Counted from the stretch's first letter, positions 49,770-58,444 are shown. The stretch is DNA of 64,000 bases from Gammaproteobacteria bacterium (GCA_965221955.1 CBDCTA010000029.1:256001-320000), one strand, 5' to 3'. The notes: generated from the letters alone by a model not told the origin. A program made the numbers and translations.

Positions 49770-50660
49770 ATGCAGCCCTATCCCATAAAAGAAAAGCATG
49801 CCTATGAGGCGTGGCGTGAGCAAAAATTAAATAATTATCCAAAGCAGGTGGATGAGTTAATTATTGAGCTAAATAACCCTATAAAATTAATGGATACTGA
49901 GATAAATGCATTAAAATCTATTTGTGCAAAATCCAATTTGGTCATCTACAAATGCATAACAGATGACGATCCAAAGCAAACTGTAATGTCTCTAGCTCAA
50001 CAATTAGGTTTGCAACAACTCGATGCAAACATTTGTGCGGACGAAGACCGCATTTCTGCTATACAAGTTTCTGATGAAAGCAATGCTTATTACATCCCTT
50101 ATACCAACAAGGCACTAAATTGGCATACCGATGGTTATTACAATTTACCTCAACAGCGCATACATGCTTTTTTAATGCATTGTGTGCGACCTGCAGGTTG
50201 TGGGGGTGAAAATACATATTTAGATCCTGAAATTGCATATATTTTATTACGAGATGAAAACTCAGAATATATTGCTGCACTGATGGATGAACAAGTGATG
50301 ACGATTCCGGCAAATGAACAAGATAAAAAAAATATTCGCCCTGAACAAAGTGGGCCAGTGTTTTACTTCGATGCGATGAATAATTTATGTATGCGTTACA
50401 CCGCGCGCAAACGCAATGTTGTTTGGAAGCAGGAAAAAAATGTGCAAAACGCTTTAGCTTGTTTGCAAGAGATTCTGCAGAACAATCCGTATTTGTTTCG
50501 TTATCGACTCAACGCAAAAGAAGGTGTGGTGTGTAATAACGTTTTACATTGTCGCACAGCATTTGAAGATGATGACCAAAGTAAACGTTTGCTGTATCGA
50601 GGGCGTTTTTATAATCGTGTTACGAATGGTGATGCGCTGCAAAAAGTGGTGAATCAATAA
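49770..50660 (+). CDS. TauD/TfdA-like Fe(II)/2OG dioxygenase
   Basis: LNWHTDG...NNVLHCRTAF facial triad; LLYRGRF. Confidence 0.85.
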   Translation: MQPYPIKEKHAYEAWREQKLNNYPKQVDELIIELNNPIKLMDTEINALKSICAKSNLVIYKCITDDDPKQTVMSLAQQLGLQQLDANICADEDRISAIQVSDESNAYYIPYTNKALNWHTDGYYNLPQQRIHAFLMHCVRPAGCGGENTYLDPEIAYILLRDENSEYIAALMDEQVMTIPANEQDKKNIRPEQSGPVFYFDAMNNLCMRYTARKRNVVWKQEKNVQNALACLQEILQNNPYLFRYRLNAKEGVVCNNVLHCRTAFEDDDQSKRLLYRGRFYNRVTNGDALQKVVNQ

Positions 50661-50857
50661 TGTTGTGGTTGAGTGAACTTCTCATGCAGCATCATGAGCT
50701 GAAGTCTTTTGAAGAATTAAAAGAAAAACTTTCTGAGCAAGTTTCACAAGGTGAAATGTTTTTTCGCATGGATGTGCGACCACCCTTTCAAGATACCCCA
50801 GAAAATTGGGAAGATATTTTAGAAGCTGTGTTTACTTCTGCAAATAAGGCTGAGTAA
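50660..50857 (+). CDS. Small conserved-looking protein (65 aa)
   Basis: TAATG overlap with the upstream stop; MDVRPPFQDTPENWED. Confidence 0.8.
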   Translation: MLWLSELLMQHHELKSFEELKEKLSEQVSQGEMFFRMDVRPPFQDTPENWEDILEAVFTSANKAE

Positions 50858-50863
50858 TTAAAA

Positions 50864-51553
50864 ATGTATTGGCAAGATCAAGAGGAAAAGAAGCAACAAT
50901 ATGTTGTTCCCGATGACGTTGTTGATTTGTCATTTAAAGTTCAGTGTAAGCAGCTTCCCTTGGATCACGCCTATGAATTATCACAAGCGATTCAACAAGT
51001 ATTGCCTTGGATGAAAGATGAAGCCCACGCTGGGATCCATTTAATACATGGTGCGGAGTCTGGAAACGGTTGGATGCGCCCTGAAGAACCGGATGCCATT
51101 TTAAGTTTGTCACGACGAACACGGTTCATGTTACGTATCCCAAAACATCGTATCGATGAGGCAATTAAACTTGTCGATCAAACCTTAAATGTAGCAGGTA
51201 ATGAGTTAACCTTGAGTACGCCTAACCAAAAATCACTTTCTGCATTAACCACTATATTTGCAAGATATGTCGTCACAGATGATGTTGAAGATGAAGAAGT
51301 ATTTTTAAATCAAACTGCAGAATTATTAAAAGAACAGGGCATAAAAGTTAAGAAAATGATGAGTGGTCGTGCGCATCTGTTACGTATGCCTGATGACGAT
51401 TTATTCACTCGTAGTCTGATGATTGATGGCTTAGAAGTGGAAGAATCTGTTTACTTGCAGCAACATGGGCTAGGCGCAGGCCGATTGTTTGGTTGTGGAT
51501 TGTTTCTACCTCATAAGGGGATAGATGCCGTGGGCGAAGCTCAGCAAAAATAG
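50864..51553 (+). CDS. cas6: Orphan Cas6-family (Cmx6/I-MYXAN-like) RAMP protein
   Basis: C-terminal G-rich loop LQQHGLGAGRLFGCGLF; N-terminal VDLSF..LPLDHAY; LSRRTRFMLRIP. Confidence 0.8.
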   Translation: MYWQDQEEKKQQYVVPDDVVDLSFKVQCKQLPLDHAYELSQAIQQVLPWMKDEAHAGIHLIHGAESGNGWMRPEEPDAILSLSRRTRFMLRIPKHRIDEAIKLVDQTLNVAGNELTLSTPNQKSLSALTTIFARYVVTDDVEDEEVFLNQTAELLKEQGIKVKKMMSGRAHLLRMPDDDLFTRSLMIDGLEVEESVYLQQHGLGAGRLFGCGLFLPHKGIDAVGEAQQK

Positions 51554-51667
51554 TTTTTTAGTGTTAGCAGATGAAAAATCTCCCTTTATGGGAATAAAAA
51601 TACTGTTTAGATTGAAATAACTTAAATGTTCGAACTATCGATATTTTTCAAAAACTAGGAGTGATAT

Positions 51668-51997
51668 ATGAGCTTGAGTGATATCGAAACTACACCGTCT
51701 GGGTTTTTAGTAAACATTGAAGATTGGAATGAAGATCTTGCCAATGAAATTGCCAAGGACGAAGGTGTGGAGCTGACTGAAAAGCATTGGGATGTAATCA
51801 ACTACCTGCGTGATGAATTTATTAATAATGCAGGCAATCAACCTAATACCCGCAACATGACTAAGGCTATGGCCAAAGCCTGGGGTGAGAAGAAAATTGA
51901 TGCCAAAGTTTTGTATGACCTTTTTCCTGGTGATCCAAGTAAGCAAGCAGGACGTATAGGTGGTTTACCAGAGAGCCGACGTAAAGGTGGTTATTAA
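51668..51997 (+). CDS. Cys-free DsrC/TusE-fold paralog (RspA-type)
   Basis: GFLVNIEDWNE, LTEKHWDVINYLR, LYDLFP; ends GLPESRRKGGY; no Cys. Confidence 0.88.
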   Translation: MSLSDIETTPSGFLVNIEDWNEDLANEIAKDEGVELTEKHWDVINYLRDEFINNAGNQPNTRNMTKAMAKAWGEKKIDAKVLYDLFPGDPSKQAGRIGGLPESRRKGGY

Positions 51998-52091
51998 TCT
52001 ATTTGCACACAATGGGCACCCAAAAGGGTATACAGACTGTTTTGCCTAAATCATTAAATTAATAATTACATTTGATTGAAAAGGATTCACT

Positions 52092-52295
52092 ATGAGTTCC
52101 AAGCAAGAAAAAATTGCAAGAATGCTTGAGATGCAAAAAAAGTTTATTGAACTTGAGCAAAGTGGGCAAGTAACTGCAGAAAGTTATTTTGTACCAGAGC
52201 CTGGTTCTGATCTTGATGGTTATAGAGAAGAATATATGAAACTTGCCATGGAAGTAGTTGATGAAGCACACGAAGATAAAGGCTCACATCGATAA
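52092..52295 (+). CDS. Small hypothetical protein (67 aa)
   Basis: AAGGA SD; last gene before the terminator. Confidence 0.8.
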   Translation: MSSKQEKIARMLEMQKKFIELEQSGQVTAESYFVPEPGSDLDGYREEYMKLAMEVVDEAHEDKGSHR

Positions 52296-52315
52296 ATATA
52301 GAAATTATCTCTACT

Positions 52316-52343
52316 AAAAAAGGCCGCTATAGCGGCCTTTTTT
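52316..52343. terminator. Bidirectional Rho-independent terminator
   Basis: AAAAAAGGCCGC-tata-GCGGCCTTTTTT. Confidence 0.9.
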
Positions 52344-52355
52344 ATTGCATCTAAT

Positions 52356-53027
52356 TTAAACTTCGCTCCACATACGTACCAAATTCACATACGTGTTATC
52401 AATTCGTTTTGTGTCTTCTGATTGAGGGTCTTTGCGTAGCATTTTTTCACGCGTTTTACTAAGTTGATAGAGTAAATCACGTTGTTCGTTACTACGGACT
52501 AAACTTTGAATCCAAGTAACCGCGACGAAACGCTCACCTTTGGTTACTTTGTTGACGCGGTGCCTTGTAGTAGCAGGGTATAGCACTGCATCACCTGCGT
52601 TGAATTTTATACTTTGTTCTCCGTAAGGTGTTTGTATAACAAGTTCTCCGCCATTATATTGGTCTGGTGAATTTAAAAAAATGGTCATTGCAAGATCAGA
52701 ACGGTATCGCTCATTCATCGCACCCATAACAGGGTCGTCAATATGTTCACCATATTCCATTCCAGTTTCATAACGCGCATAAAAAGGTGCAGCAATACGA
52801 TGGGGTAAAGCCGCTTGTTGATAATCTGGGTGTCGAACAACATTATTCATTACAATGCTATTTAGTGATGAAATAATATTTTCATCAGCCACTTCTTGAT
52901 TATTTTTAACCTGCTGAGCAGCCAAACCCGCAGAGAGCTTTCCTTCTCTAAATTTTGCATTTTTTAAAATTGCTTGAACATTTGATAATTCAGCATCACC
53001 AAGAATATGTTTAATATGCACTAACAT
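52356..53027 (-). CDS. PKHD-type (PiuC/YbiX-like) Fe(II)/2OG hydroxylase
   Basis: YGEHIDD, RSDL, YNGGEL, HRVNKVTKGER, WIQSLVR. Confidence 0.92.
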   Translation of the reverse strand: MLVHIKHILGDAELSNVQAILKNAKFREGKLSAGLAAQQVKNNQEVADENIISSLNSIVMNNVVRHPDYQQAALPHRIAAPFYARYETGMEYGEHIDDPVMGAMNERYRSDLAMTIFLNSPDQYNGGELVIQTPYGEQSIKFNAGDAVLYPATTRHRVNKVTKGERFVAVTWIQSLVRSNEQRDLLYQLSKTREKMLRKDPQSEDTKRIDNTYVNLVRMWSEV

Positions 53028-53085
53028 TTTTTGTTTTCTCGCTACACGTTATACTGGATTACAAATTATAGAGAATCGAAGACTG

Positions 53086-53409
53086 ATGATACTTAAAGTT
53101 ACGATAGATGAAAAAACATTTCCTCTAGAATTAGATGCAGATATGATTTCTAGTGGACAAGAAATGTTTGCAAAAATGGATGCTGACATGGATCAAGGTT
53201 GGCAAATGAGTCGCACCTGGGTAGAGGCACCGAATGATGCTCAGCGCTGTCAAATTGCAGCAGATAAGATGTTAACTGCCATTCAACAAGAGAAAACTGC
53301 GACAGTTGGACTGATGGCGGCGTATATCTTAAATAAATTACCTGGTATTCAGGCAGTGGATATTGATACCTCTGGGGATATGAACCTTACAGAATTGATA
53401 ATGAGCTAA
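53086..53409 (+). CDS. Hypothetical protein (107 aa)
   Basis: KMDADMDQGWQMSRTWV, QRCQIAADK; coding-like composition. Confidence 0.8.
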   Translation: MILKVTIDEKTFPLELDADMISSGQEMFAKMDADMDQGWQMSRTWVEAPNDAQRCQIAADKMLTAIQQEKTATVGLMAAYILNKLPGIQAVDIDTSGDMNLTELIMS

Positions 53410-53419
53410 AGACAATGGG

Positions 53420-53851
53420 CTAGAAATGTTTTGCCATTCTTAAATGTTTAATTTCTAAATCAGAATCTGCTTCACCTTCAATTTTGTAATTATTTTTTAA
53501 ATAAAAATCTACTGCGGTTTCTCTAGCAAGTAACCAGCATATTTTTGTGTTTTCTTTTTTGGCAATGGTTTCCAATTGTGCGAGCAGCTTGCTACCAATA
53601 CCTTGTCTTCTAAATGAATCTTCTACGGCCATGTAGCGAATCCGTGCAGTAAAATCTTTTTCGATTTGCAGGCGACCTACGGCAATAATTTTTTCACCAT
53701 TAAGCGCTGCAACATGAAAAGCAGTGCTTTCTAGTTCATCTTGTTCACTGCCGCGTTCAAGACCTAAGGGTTTTCGTAGTTGTTCCCAGCGAAATTTAAA
53801 GTATTCCTTAAACTCTTTTTCGGTTTGTGGTGCGCGGTAAGAAATGGTCAT
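53420..53851 (-). CDS. GNAT acetyltransferase
   Basis: RYMAV..FRRQGIGSKL, AVDFY. Confidence 0.92.
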   Translation of the reverse strand: MTISYRAPQTEKEFKEYFKFRWEQLRKPLGLERGSEQDELESTAFHVAALNGEKIIAVGRLQIEKDFTARIRYMAVEDSFRRQGIGSKLLAQLETIAKKENTKICWLLARETAVDFYLKNNYKIEGEADSDLEIKHLRMAKHF

Positions 53852-53873
53852 TGCGAGCGAAGAGAAGCAATCT
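53847..53873 (+). repeat. Half REP-like palindromic element overlapping the GNAT start codon
   Basis: GTCATTGCGAGCGAAGAGAAGCAATCT with an ATTGC/GCAAT stem. Confidence 0.45.
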
Positions 53874-53893
53874 AGTTAAAAGAGGCTAGGTGA

Positions 53894-54487
53894 TTAGGCA
53901 AATACAACCCAAGTAGTTGCAATATACTTCACACCTTCTTCAAGCGTTACACCGCGATGTTCATGTGTCCAAAAGGGAGGAAATAGAATTAATTTTCCAA
54001 GTTCAGGTTTAATTTTTATGTCTTGAAATAAAAACTCTGTTTCGCCGCCAGGACCTTGAACGTTATTCAAATACCAAATTGCGACAAGTTGGCGATGGCT
54101 AAAATCATGACTGCCACCATCAATATGCCAGTGATAGTGCTCACCTGGATTCGTGCGTTGCACGCCATAACCCATGTCTTTGAATGGTCCTTTAAAAAAA
54201 GGGTAGCTTTCCCGAAATTCTAAAATAGCTCGGCCTAAAGACTGGAATAATTCTTTATCCACATCTTTCCAATGCGCTTTGCCACTGACTACAAGGTCGG
54301 TAGATTTTTTTATGCTGTCATCTTCATTGGCCAGTTGGCCTATACGACCTTTGTATTGTCCTTCTTTATCTTGTTCGAATCGAGTAATTACACTTTCACA
54401 AAATTCTTTATCAAGTGCATTTTGTTTTTCAAATACAAAACTATTCGCTTTGACCTCTTGGATGGTCTGTAAGGGTTTGTTTGGCAT
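53894..54487 (-). CDS. 2OG-Fe(II) oxygenase (prolyl-hydroxylase-like)
   Basis: YHWHIDG, WYLN, GGETEF, HEHRG, KYIATTW. Confidence 0.9.
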   Translation of the reverse strand: MPNKPLQTIQEVKANSFVFEKQNALDKEFCESVITRFEQDKEGQYKGRIGQLANEDDSIKKSTDLVVSGKAHWKDVDKELFQSLGRAILEFRESYPFFKGPFKDMGYGVQRTNPGEHYHWHIDGGSHDFSHRQLVAIWYLNNVQGPGGETEFLFQDIKIKPELGKLILFPPFWTHEHRGVTLEEGVKYIATTWVVFA

Positions 54488-54489
54488 GC

Positions 54490-55533
54490 TTATAATGTAT
54501 TTTTTTGAACAAGATGTTCGAGTTTTTCTAAATCAAGCTCTTTATTAGTTTGATAATACGCTAACATTTCTTTCGCAAGCCTTGACCAGTGTTGTACCCC
54601 TTGAGCGACTAATGCTTTCATGGGTTTAATATCATCCATATCTACCCATGCTTGATAAGCTTCTTGAAAGCTGGGAAACAATTCTTTTCGCATCGCAACG
54701 AGGTTTGCTGAGTAGAAATGCAATGATGCTGGATTATAGTTTTCAATTAAGCCGGGCAGTGTAGATAGACAATCTGCTAGTAAATCTTTCACCGCTCTTG
54801 CCATAAATTCTGCGCGAGAGCGCGGTAAGTTCACAATCATTTCGCGCCAATCATTTCCTAATTCTTTTGTGGCAATGAATTCACCAATCTCATGCAGGGT
54901 AACGGCTTCGAGTTCGTTATCTGTCATTTGATCAAGCGCTTGATCGACGTCATTCTCAAAATCATAAAATGATAATGCTCGTGACATGGCGTTTTCATAT
55001 CTGTGCCATTGCCATTCGGTAAACTTTTCCCAAAGATAACGACGTAAGGCTTCGCGGCGAATAAAAACGTTTTTACCTTGTGTCATGGCAGGGGGTGCGG
55101 TTAAGTCGCGTGCACATTCATCTGCAGACACATACATAGTGAAGTCGCTATACACTTCTTTTTCTTCTAATTTGGCTAAAAAAAAGTGCGGAGCAGAGCG
55201 AACGCCAATGCCGCCACTATAGACATAACCTTTAGGGGCTAAAACTTTATTGATATTTTCAGTATCAAACGGATCATACTCTTTGCCATCAATTTTTAGA
55301 GGTATAAACATTTTATCCTCTAACGTCTCCCATAAACTTTCACGTTCTTGTACCCAATTACCAACATCTTCTTTGGGTAAAACATCGTTATAAGAAAACC
55401 CATTTTCCCAGCGATAGTATTCACGCATTTTGAGCAAATACACACATAAGGTGTAATTCGCTGCGTGATGTGCATCAGAGATATCGCAGTTCTTTTGCAC
55501 GATCTCGCAAAGAGGGTGAGTCGTCTTTTGCAT
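54490..55533 (-). CDS. Sfum_1244-like conserved protein
   Basis: VQKNCDISDA, YTLCVYLLKMREYYRWE, LHEIGE, RAVKDLLADC; family name from recall. Confidence 0.65.
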   Translation of the reverse strand: MQKTTHPLCEIVQKNCDISDAHHAANYTLCVYLLKMREYYRWENGFSYNDVLPKEDVGNWVQERESLWETLEDKMFIPLKIDGKEYDPFDTENINKVLAPKGYVYSGGIGVRSAPHFFLAKLEEKEVYSDFTMYVSADECARDLTAPPAMTQGKNVFIRREALRRYLWEKFTEWQWHRYENAMSRALSFYDFENDVDQALDQMTDNELEAVTLHEIGEFIATKELGNDWREMIVNLPRSRAEFMARAVKDLLADCLSTLPGLIENYNPASLHFYSANLVAMRKELFPSFQEAYQAWVDMDDIKPMKALVAQGVQHWSRLAKEMLAYYQTNKELDLEKLEHLVQKNTL

Positions 55534-55656
55534 AAGCCTATTATACGAGGTCTATGTTAGGATCTAAAAATAAACACTATTATCATTATTAAATAAGGGT
55601 TAAATGGCGAGATTAAAAACCAATGGAATCTATGGAGTGCATATTAAAGGTCCAAT

Positions 55657-56268
55657 ATGGCTAGGTTAAAGACTAAATGGAACCAAAAGGATAGAAAACG
55701 CAAACCCGAAGAAATTGCAGGTGTGATTGGTTTCAATTTATGGGTATTAGCAGGTGAGTCTTGTTTATATCTAGAGAATGAGGGTTTTGAAACGGCCTCT
55801 CGATTCCAACGCTTAGATGTCATTGCAGAATTTGTTGCATTCGGTGCCCACGTTGCTGATCGAATGGTATTCGATGAAATGACTGCGGCGGAACGTGAGA
55901 TTTTTATTAATGCGTTGGGCCAACATCTGGCGGATACCATGCAAAGTAATCGCGCAGACGTAAAAGAAGGCGAATACCGTACTGATTTTATTAATTTACT
56001 CAACGAGAGAATGAGTGAATATTCAGAGTGTTCCTATACACATGAAGATGGACCCAGTTTTTCCATGCGACGTTTAGCTGGCAATCATGTGCAAGAAGTA
56101 ATGGGTGAAAAAGATAGTAAATGGATTCCGGACTATGTAATTGATTCCGAAATTCCAAAAATGCTACTCGCACTAAAACGCGTATTCAAAGGTCAATGCA
56201 CATCTTTAAATGAAGCTGACTTTGCACCACCACCAATACCAGAAAGTGGTGTATGGGGCGAGGAGTGA
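55657..56268 (+). CDS. Hypothetical protein (203 aa)
   Basis: Long ORF with coding-like composition. Confidence 0.85.
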   Translation: MARLKTKWNQKDRKRKPEEIAGVIGFNLWVLAGESCLYLENEGFETASRFQRLDVIAEFVAFGAHVADRMVFDEMTAAEREIFINALGQHLADTMQSNRADVKEGEYRTDFINLLNERMSEYSECSYTHEDGPSFSMRRLAGNHVQEVMGEKDSKWIPDYVIDSEIPKMLLALKRVFKGQCTSLNEADFAPPPIPESGVWGEE

Positions 56269-56348
56269 TTGTACTTGTGCACAATCACTCCTCGGCCCTG
56301 GGGCGTAAGCGCAGGGATGCGCGAATATGATGTCCATCAGGGATGATG
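56256..56348 (+). repeat. Long hairpin over the stop codon followed by twin GGA-loop hairpins
   Basis: GAGGAGTGATTGT-N8-ACAATCACTCCTC, then GCGCAGGGATGCGC and CATCAGGGATGATG. Confidence 0.7.
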
Positions 56349-56415
56349 CAACAGATTAAAGTTAGGTTGGTTTAAAATGAAGAACACGTTGGGAAATTCA
56401 AATCAGATTATTAAT

Positions 56416-56443
56416 ATGACCGCTAACGACGCAAAGCGGACAT
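56416..56443 (+). repeat. 28-nt hairpin direct repeat, left copy
   Basis: ATGACCGCTAACGACGCAAAGCGGACAT. Confidence 0.6.
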
Positions 56444-56473
56444 CTTAATATTTTTAATTAGTCCAGTTCAACT

Positions 56474-56863
56474 ATGCAAATACCATTCATAGCTAGTGCG
56501 TCACTGATTATTTTAATTCTGACTCAAGCAGTATTAGTGCCTTTATTGATGAAGAATTTGAATAATGAGGAGAAGCAAAAATATGAGCAATCGCACAAAC
56601 TGTATTTGAATATCACGGAAGTAATTTTAGCGTTTGGTATTATATTTGCCTATATTTTTATTCAAAATAGCAACTTAGTATATTTACTAGGCTTACTTCT
56701 TTTGGCGATAACTTTTTATGAATCATTTAGCAGTAGTGCAAAAGTTAGAGTCTTAGACATAAATGAGGATGCAAAAAGAATTGTATTAATTAAAAATACT
56801 ATATACGTAATATTTGCAATAATCTTTGTTGGCTCGCTTGTATATCAACAGAGTTTGAGATGA
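56474..56863 (+). CDS. Very AT-rich four-TM hypothetical membrane protein
   Basis: Four hydrophobic segments; the stop lies inside the right repeat. Confidence 0.7.
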   Translation: MQIPFIASASLIILILTQAVLVPLLMKNLNNEEKQKYEQSHKLYLNITEVILAFGIIFAYIFIQNSNLVYLLGLLLLAITFYESFSSSAKVRVLDINEDAKRIVLIKNTIYVIFAIIFVGSLVYQQSLR

Positions 56864-56887
56864 CCGCTATTAGCCGATAGTGGAAAT
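56860..56887 (+). repeat. 28-nt hairpin direct repeat, right copy
   Basis: ATGACCGCTATTAGCCGATAGTGGAAAT; 19/28 identical to the left copy. Confidence 0.6.
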
Positions 56888-56956
56888 CAAGATCAATTAA
56901 CTTAAATCCGAAACAACATCCATGTTGCAACTCATAATCACCACCCTTGCGCTCAT

Positions 56957-57679
56957 TCAAATCTCCAAAGAAACAAATGTTCCATGCGCTCGATGAAAGC
57001 GCAGCGTTAAAAATTCAAGTCCGTAACGCCATTCATTATCCATTTGATAAAGATTCATTACTCTAGCCACTGAAAAAAGTTCATTGCTGGTAATTTTTAT
57101 TACTTGATTTTCATCTAGTTGAGCGGCGGTAATTAATTGCATTCCATTTAAAGATACATCTTTCGTTTTTCCAGAAAAGGATTCAGTGTGTGGCCAGGAT
57201 GTATAAAATCGCAACGGCCATTCTTTATTAATACGTTGAATGGTGCGTTTACCACAAATTTCTACAGTTTGTTTGGCTGCAGGGAATAGTGGGCTTTCGC
57301 ATTTTGGGCATACATCATCAGGCTCAATGTTGTTTCCCATGTAATGAGGTTGATTACAGAAAGTGCAATTTTCCTCACTGCTTTCTTGGTAGAACTGGTT
57401 AGTTTGTTTGGGTGGTTCAGTCTGTTTTGTTTTGTGTGCAGGTTTTGGTTTTTCGGTTTCTAGGCTAATTTTTAATCGAGCATCGTACTCAGCGCGTTTA
57501 GTAGGGTTGGTGAGCACGTTATAGGCTTCATTTACTTCTGTAGCATTTTGATGACTGCCGCCAAGATCCGGATGCATTTTGAGTTTTTGCATCATGGTTC
57601 GATAGCTCGACCGAATAACTTCCAGGGGAGCATCTGCCTGAACGTGAAGGATTTGGTAATAGGTTTTTTGATTCTTCAT
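56957..57679 (-). CDS. J-domain, zinc-ribbon and PilZ-like protein
   Basis: YYQIL..HPD; CTFC..CPKC; KRTIQR and DVSLNG. Confidence 0.8.
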   Translation of the reverse strand: MKNQKTYYQILHVQADAPLEVIRSSYRTMMQKLKMHPDLGGSHQNATEVNEAYNVLTNPTKRAEYDARLKISLETEKPKPAHKTKQTEPPKQTNQFYQESSEENCTFCNQPHYMGNNIEPDDVCPKCESPLFPAAKQTVEICGKRTIQRINKEWPLRFYTSWPHTESFSGKTKDVSLNGMQLITAAQLDENQVIKITSNELFSVARVMNLYQMDNEWRYGLEFLTLRFHRAHGTFVSLEI

Positions 57680-57977
57680 GATCGCACTTTAAAAAGGCTT
57701 AATGTAGCCTACGCATTGAGATTCTGTTTGAGTATCGGCGATCTAGCTGGTTACTTTAGTAATCTACACAAGTATCAATGAGTTAAAGATCTTGGTTGCT
57801 ATATTTGTAGGAGTTTTGTAGAAGTTGATAACGGTCTGAATTGGTAATTTTGTCGCGACCATGTATCTGATATCAGTAATGAACTATGTAGACAAGCTCG
57901 GCTAAAAATGAGCGGCCAGATGTGTGGTCTGGCCACAGATGGAGTCACAGATAAGAAAATATCTGATTGGCTAATGT

Positions 57978-58208
57978 CTATGAGTATTGTTTTTTAATTA
58001 GGTAATAAAATGTAGCTCCTGCCTTTGATGTCTCAATAAGTTTGTTTCCGGTTTCTTCGCAATAAGTCTCAAAGTATTCAGTTGAACTTGAGTCCGCGGA
58101 AACTTTAAGAGTTTGGCCAGGATAAAGTTTTCCTACAAGCTTTCGTATGCGAGCTATTTGACGAGGAATTTCTAAGTTCCTTACATCTAGTTTAATTTCA
58201 GTATTCAT
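57978..58208 (-). CDS. TusA-fold protein lacking the CPxP cysteine
   Basis: LDVRNLEIPRQ (canonical LDxRGLxCPxP), GQTLKV, YCEETGNKL, FYYLIKK. Confidence 0.75.
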   Translation of the reverse strand: MNTEIKLDVRNLEIPRQIARIRKLVGKLYPGQTLKVSADSSSTEYFETYCEETGNKLIETSKAGATFYYLIKKQYS

Positions 58209-58444
58209 AATAAAAAAATCTTTCTTAATAATTATGTTTAATATAGAAGTTTGTTGGTTAAGAACTGTAATGAAAATTTAGCTCGATGAATATTAGATTT
58301 TTCTTAGGATATGTATAACGAATTGCTTATGCTAAAGCTTTTCTCTATTGGTCCTATAAGTAAATGCAAACACTGAAAAATAAAGTATTGATTATCTACA
58401 GTCATTTTTTTTTAATGAGTGCACTAATCTAAGAATCTAATTCA

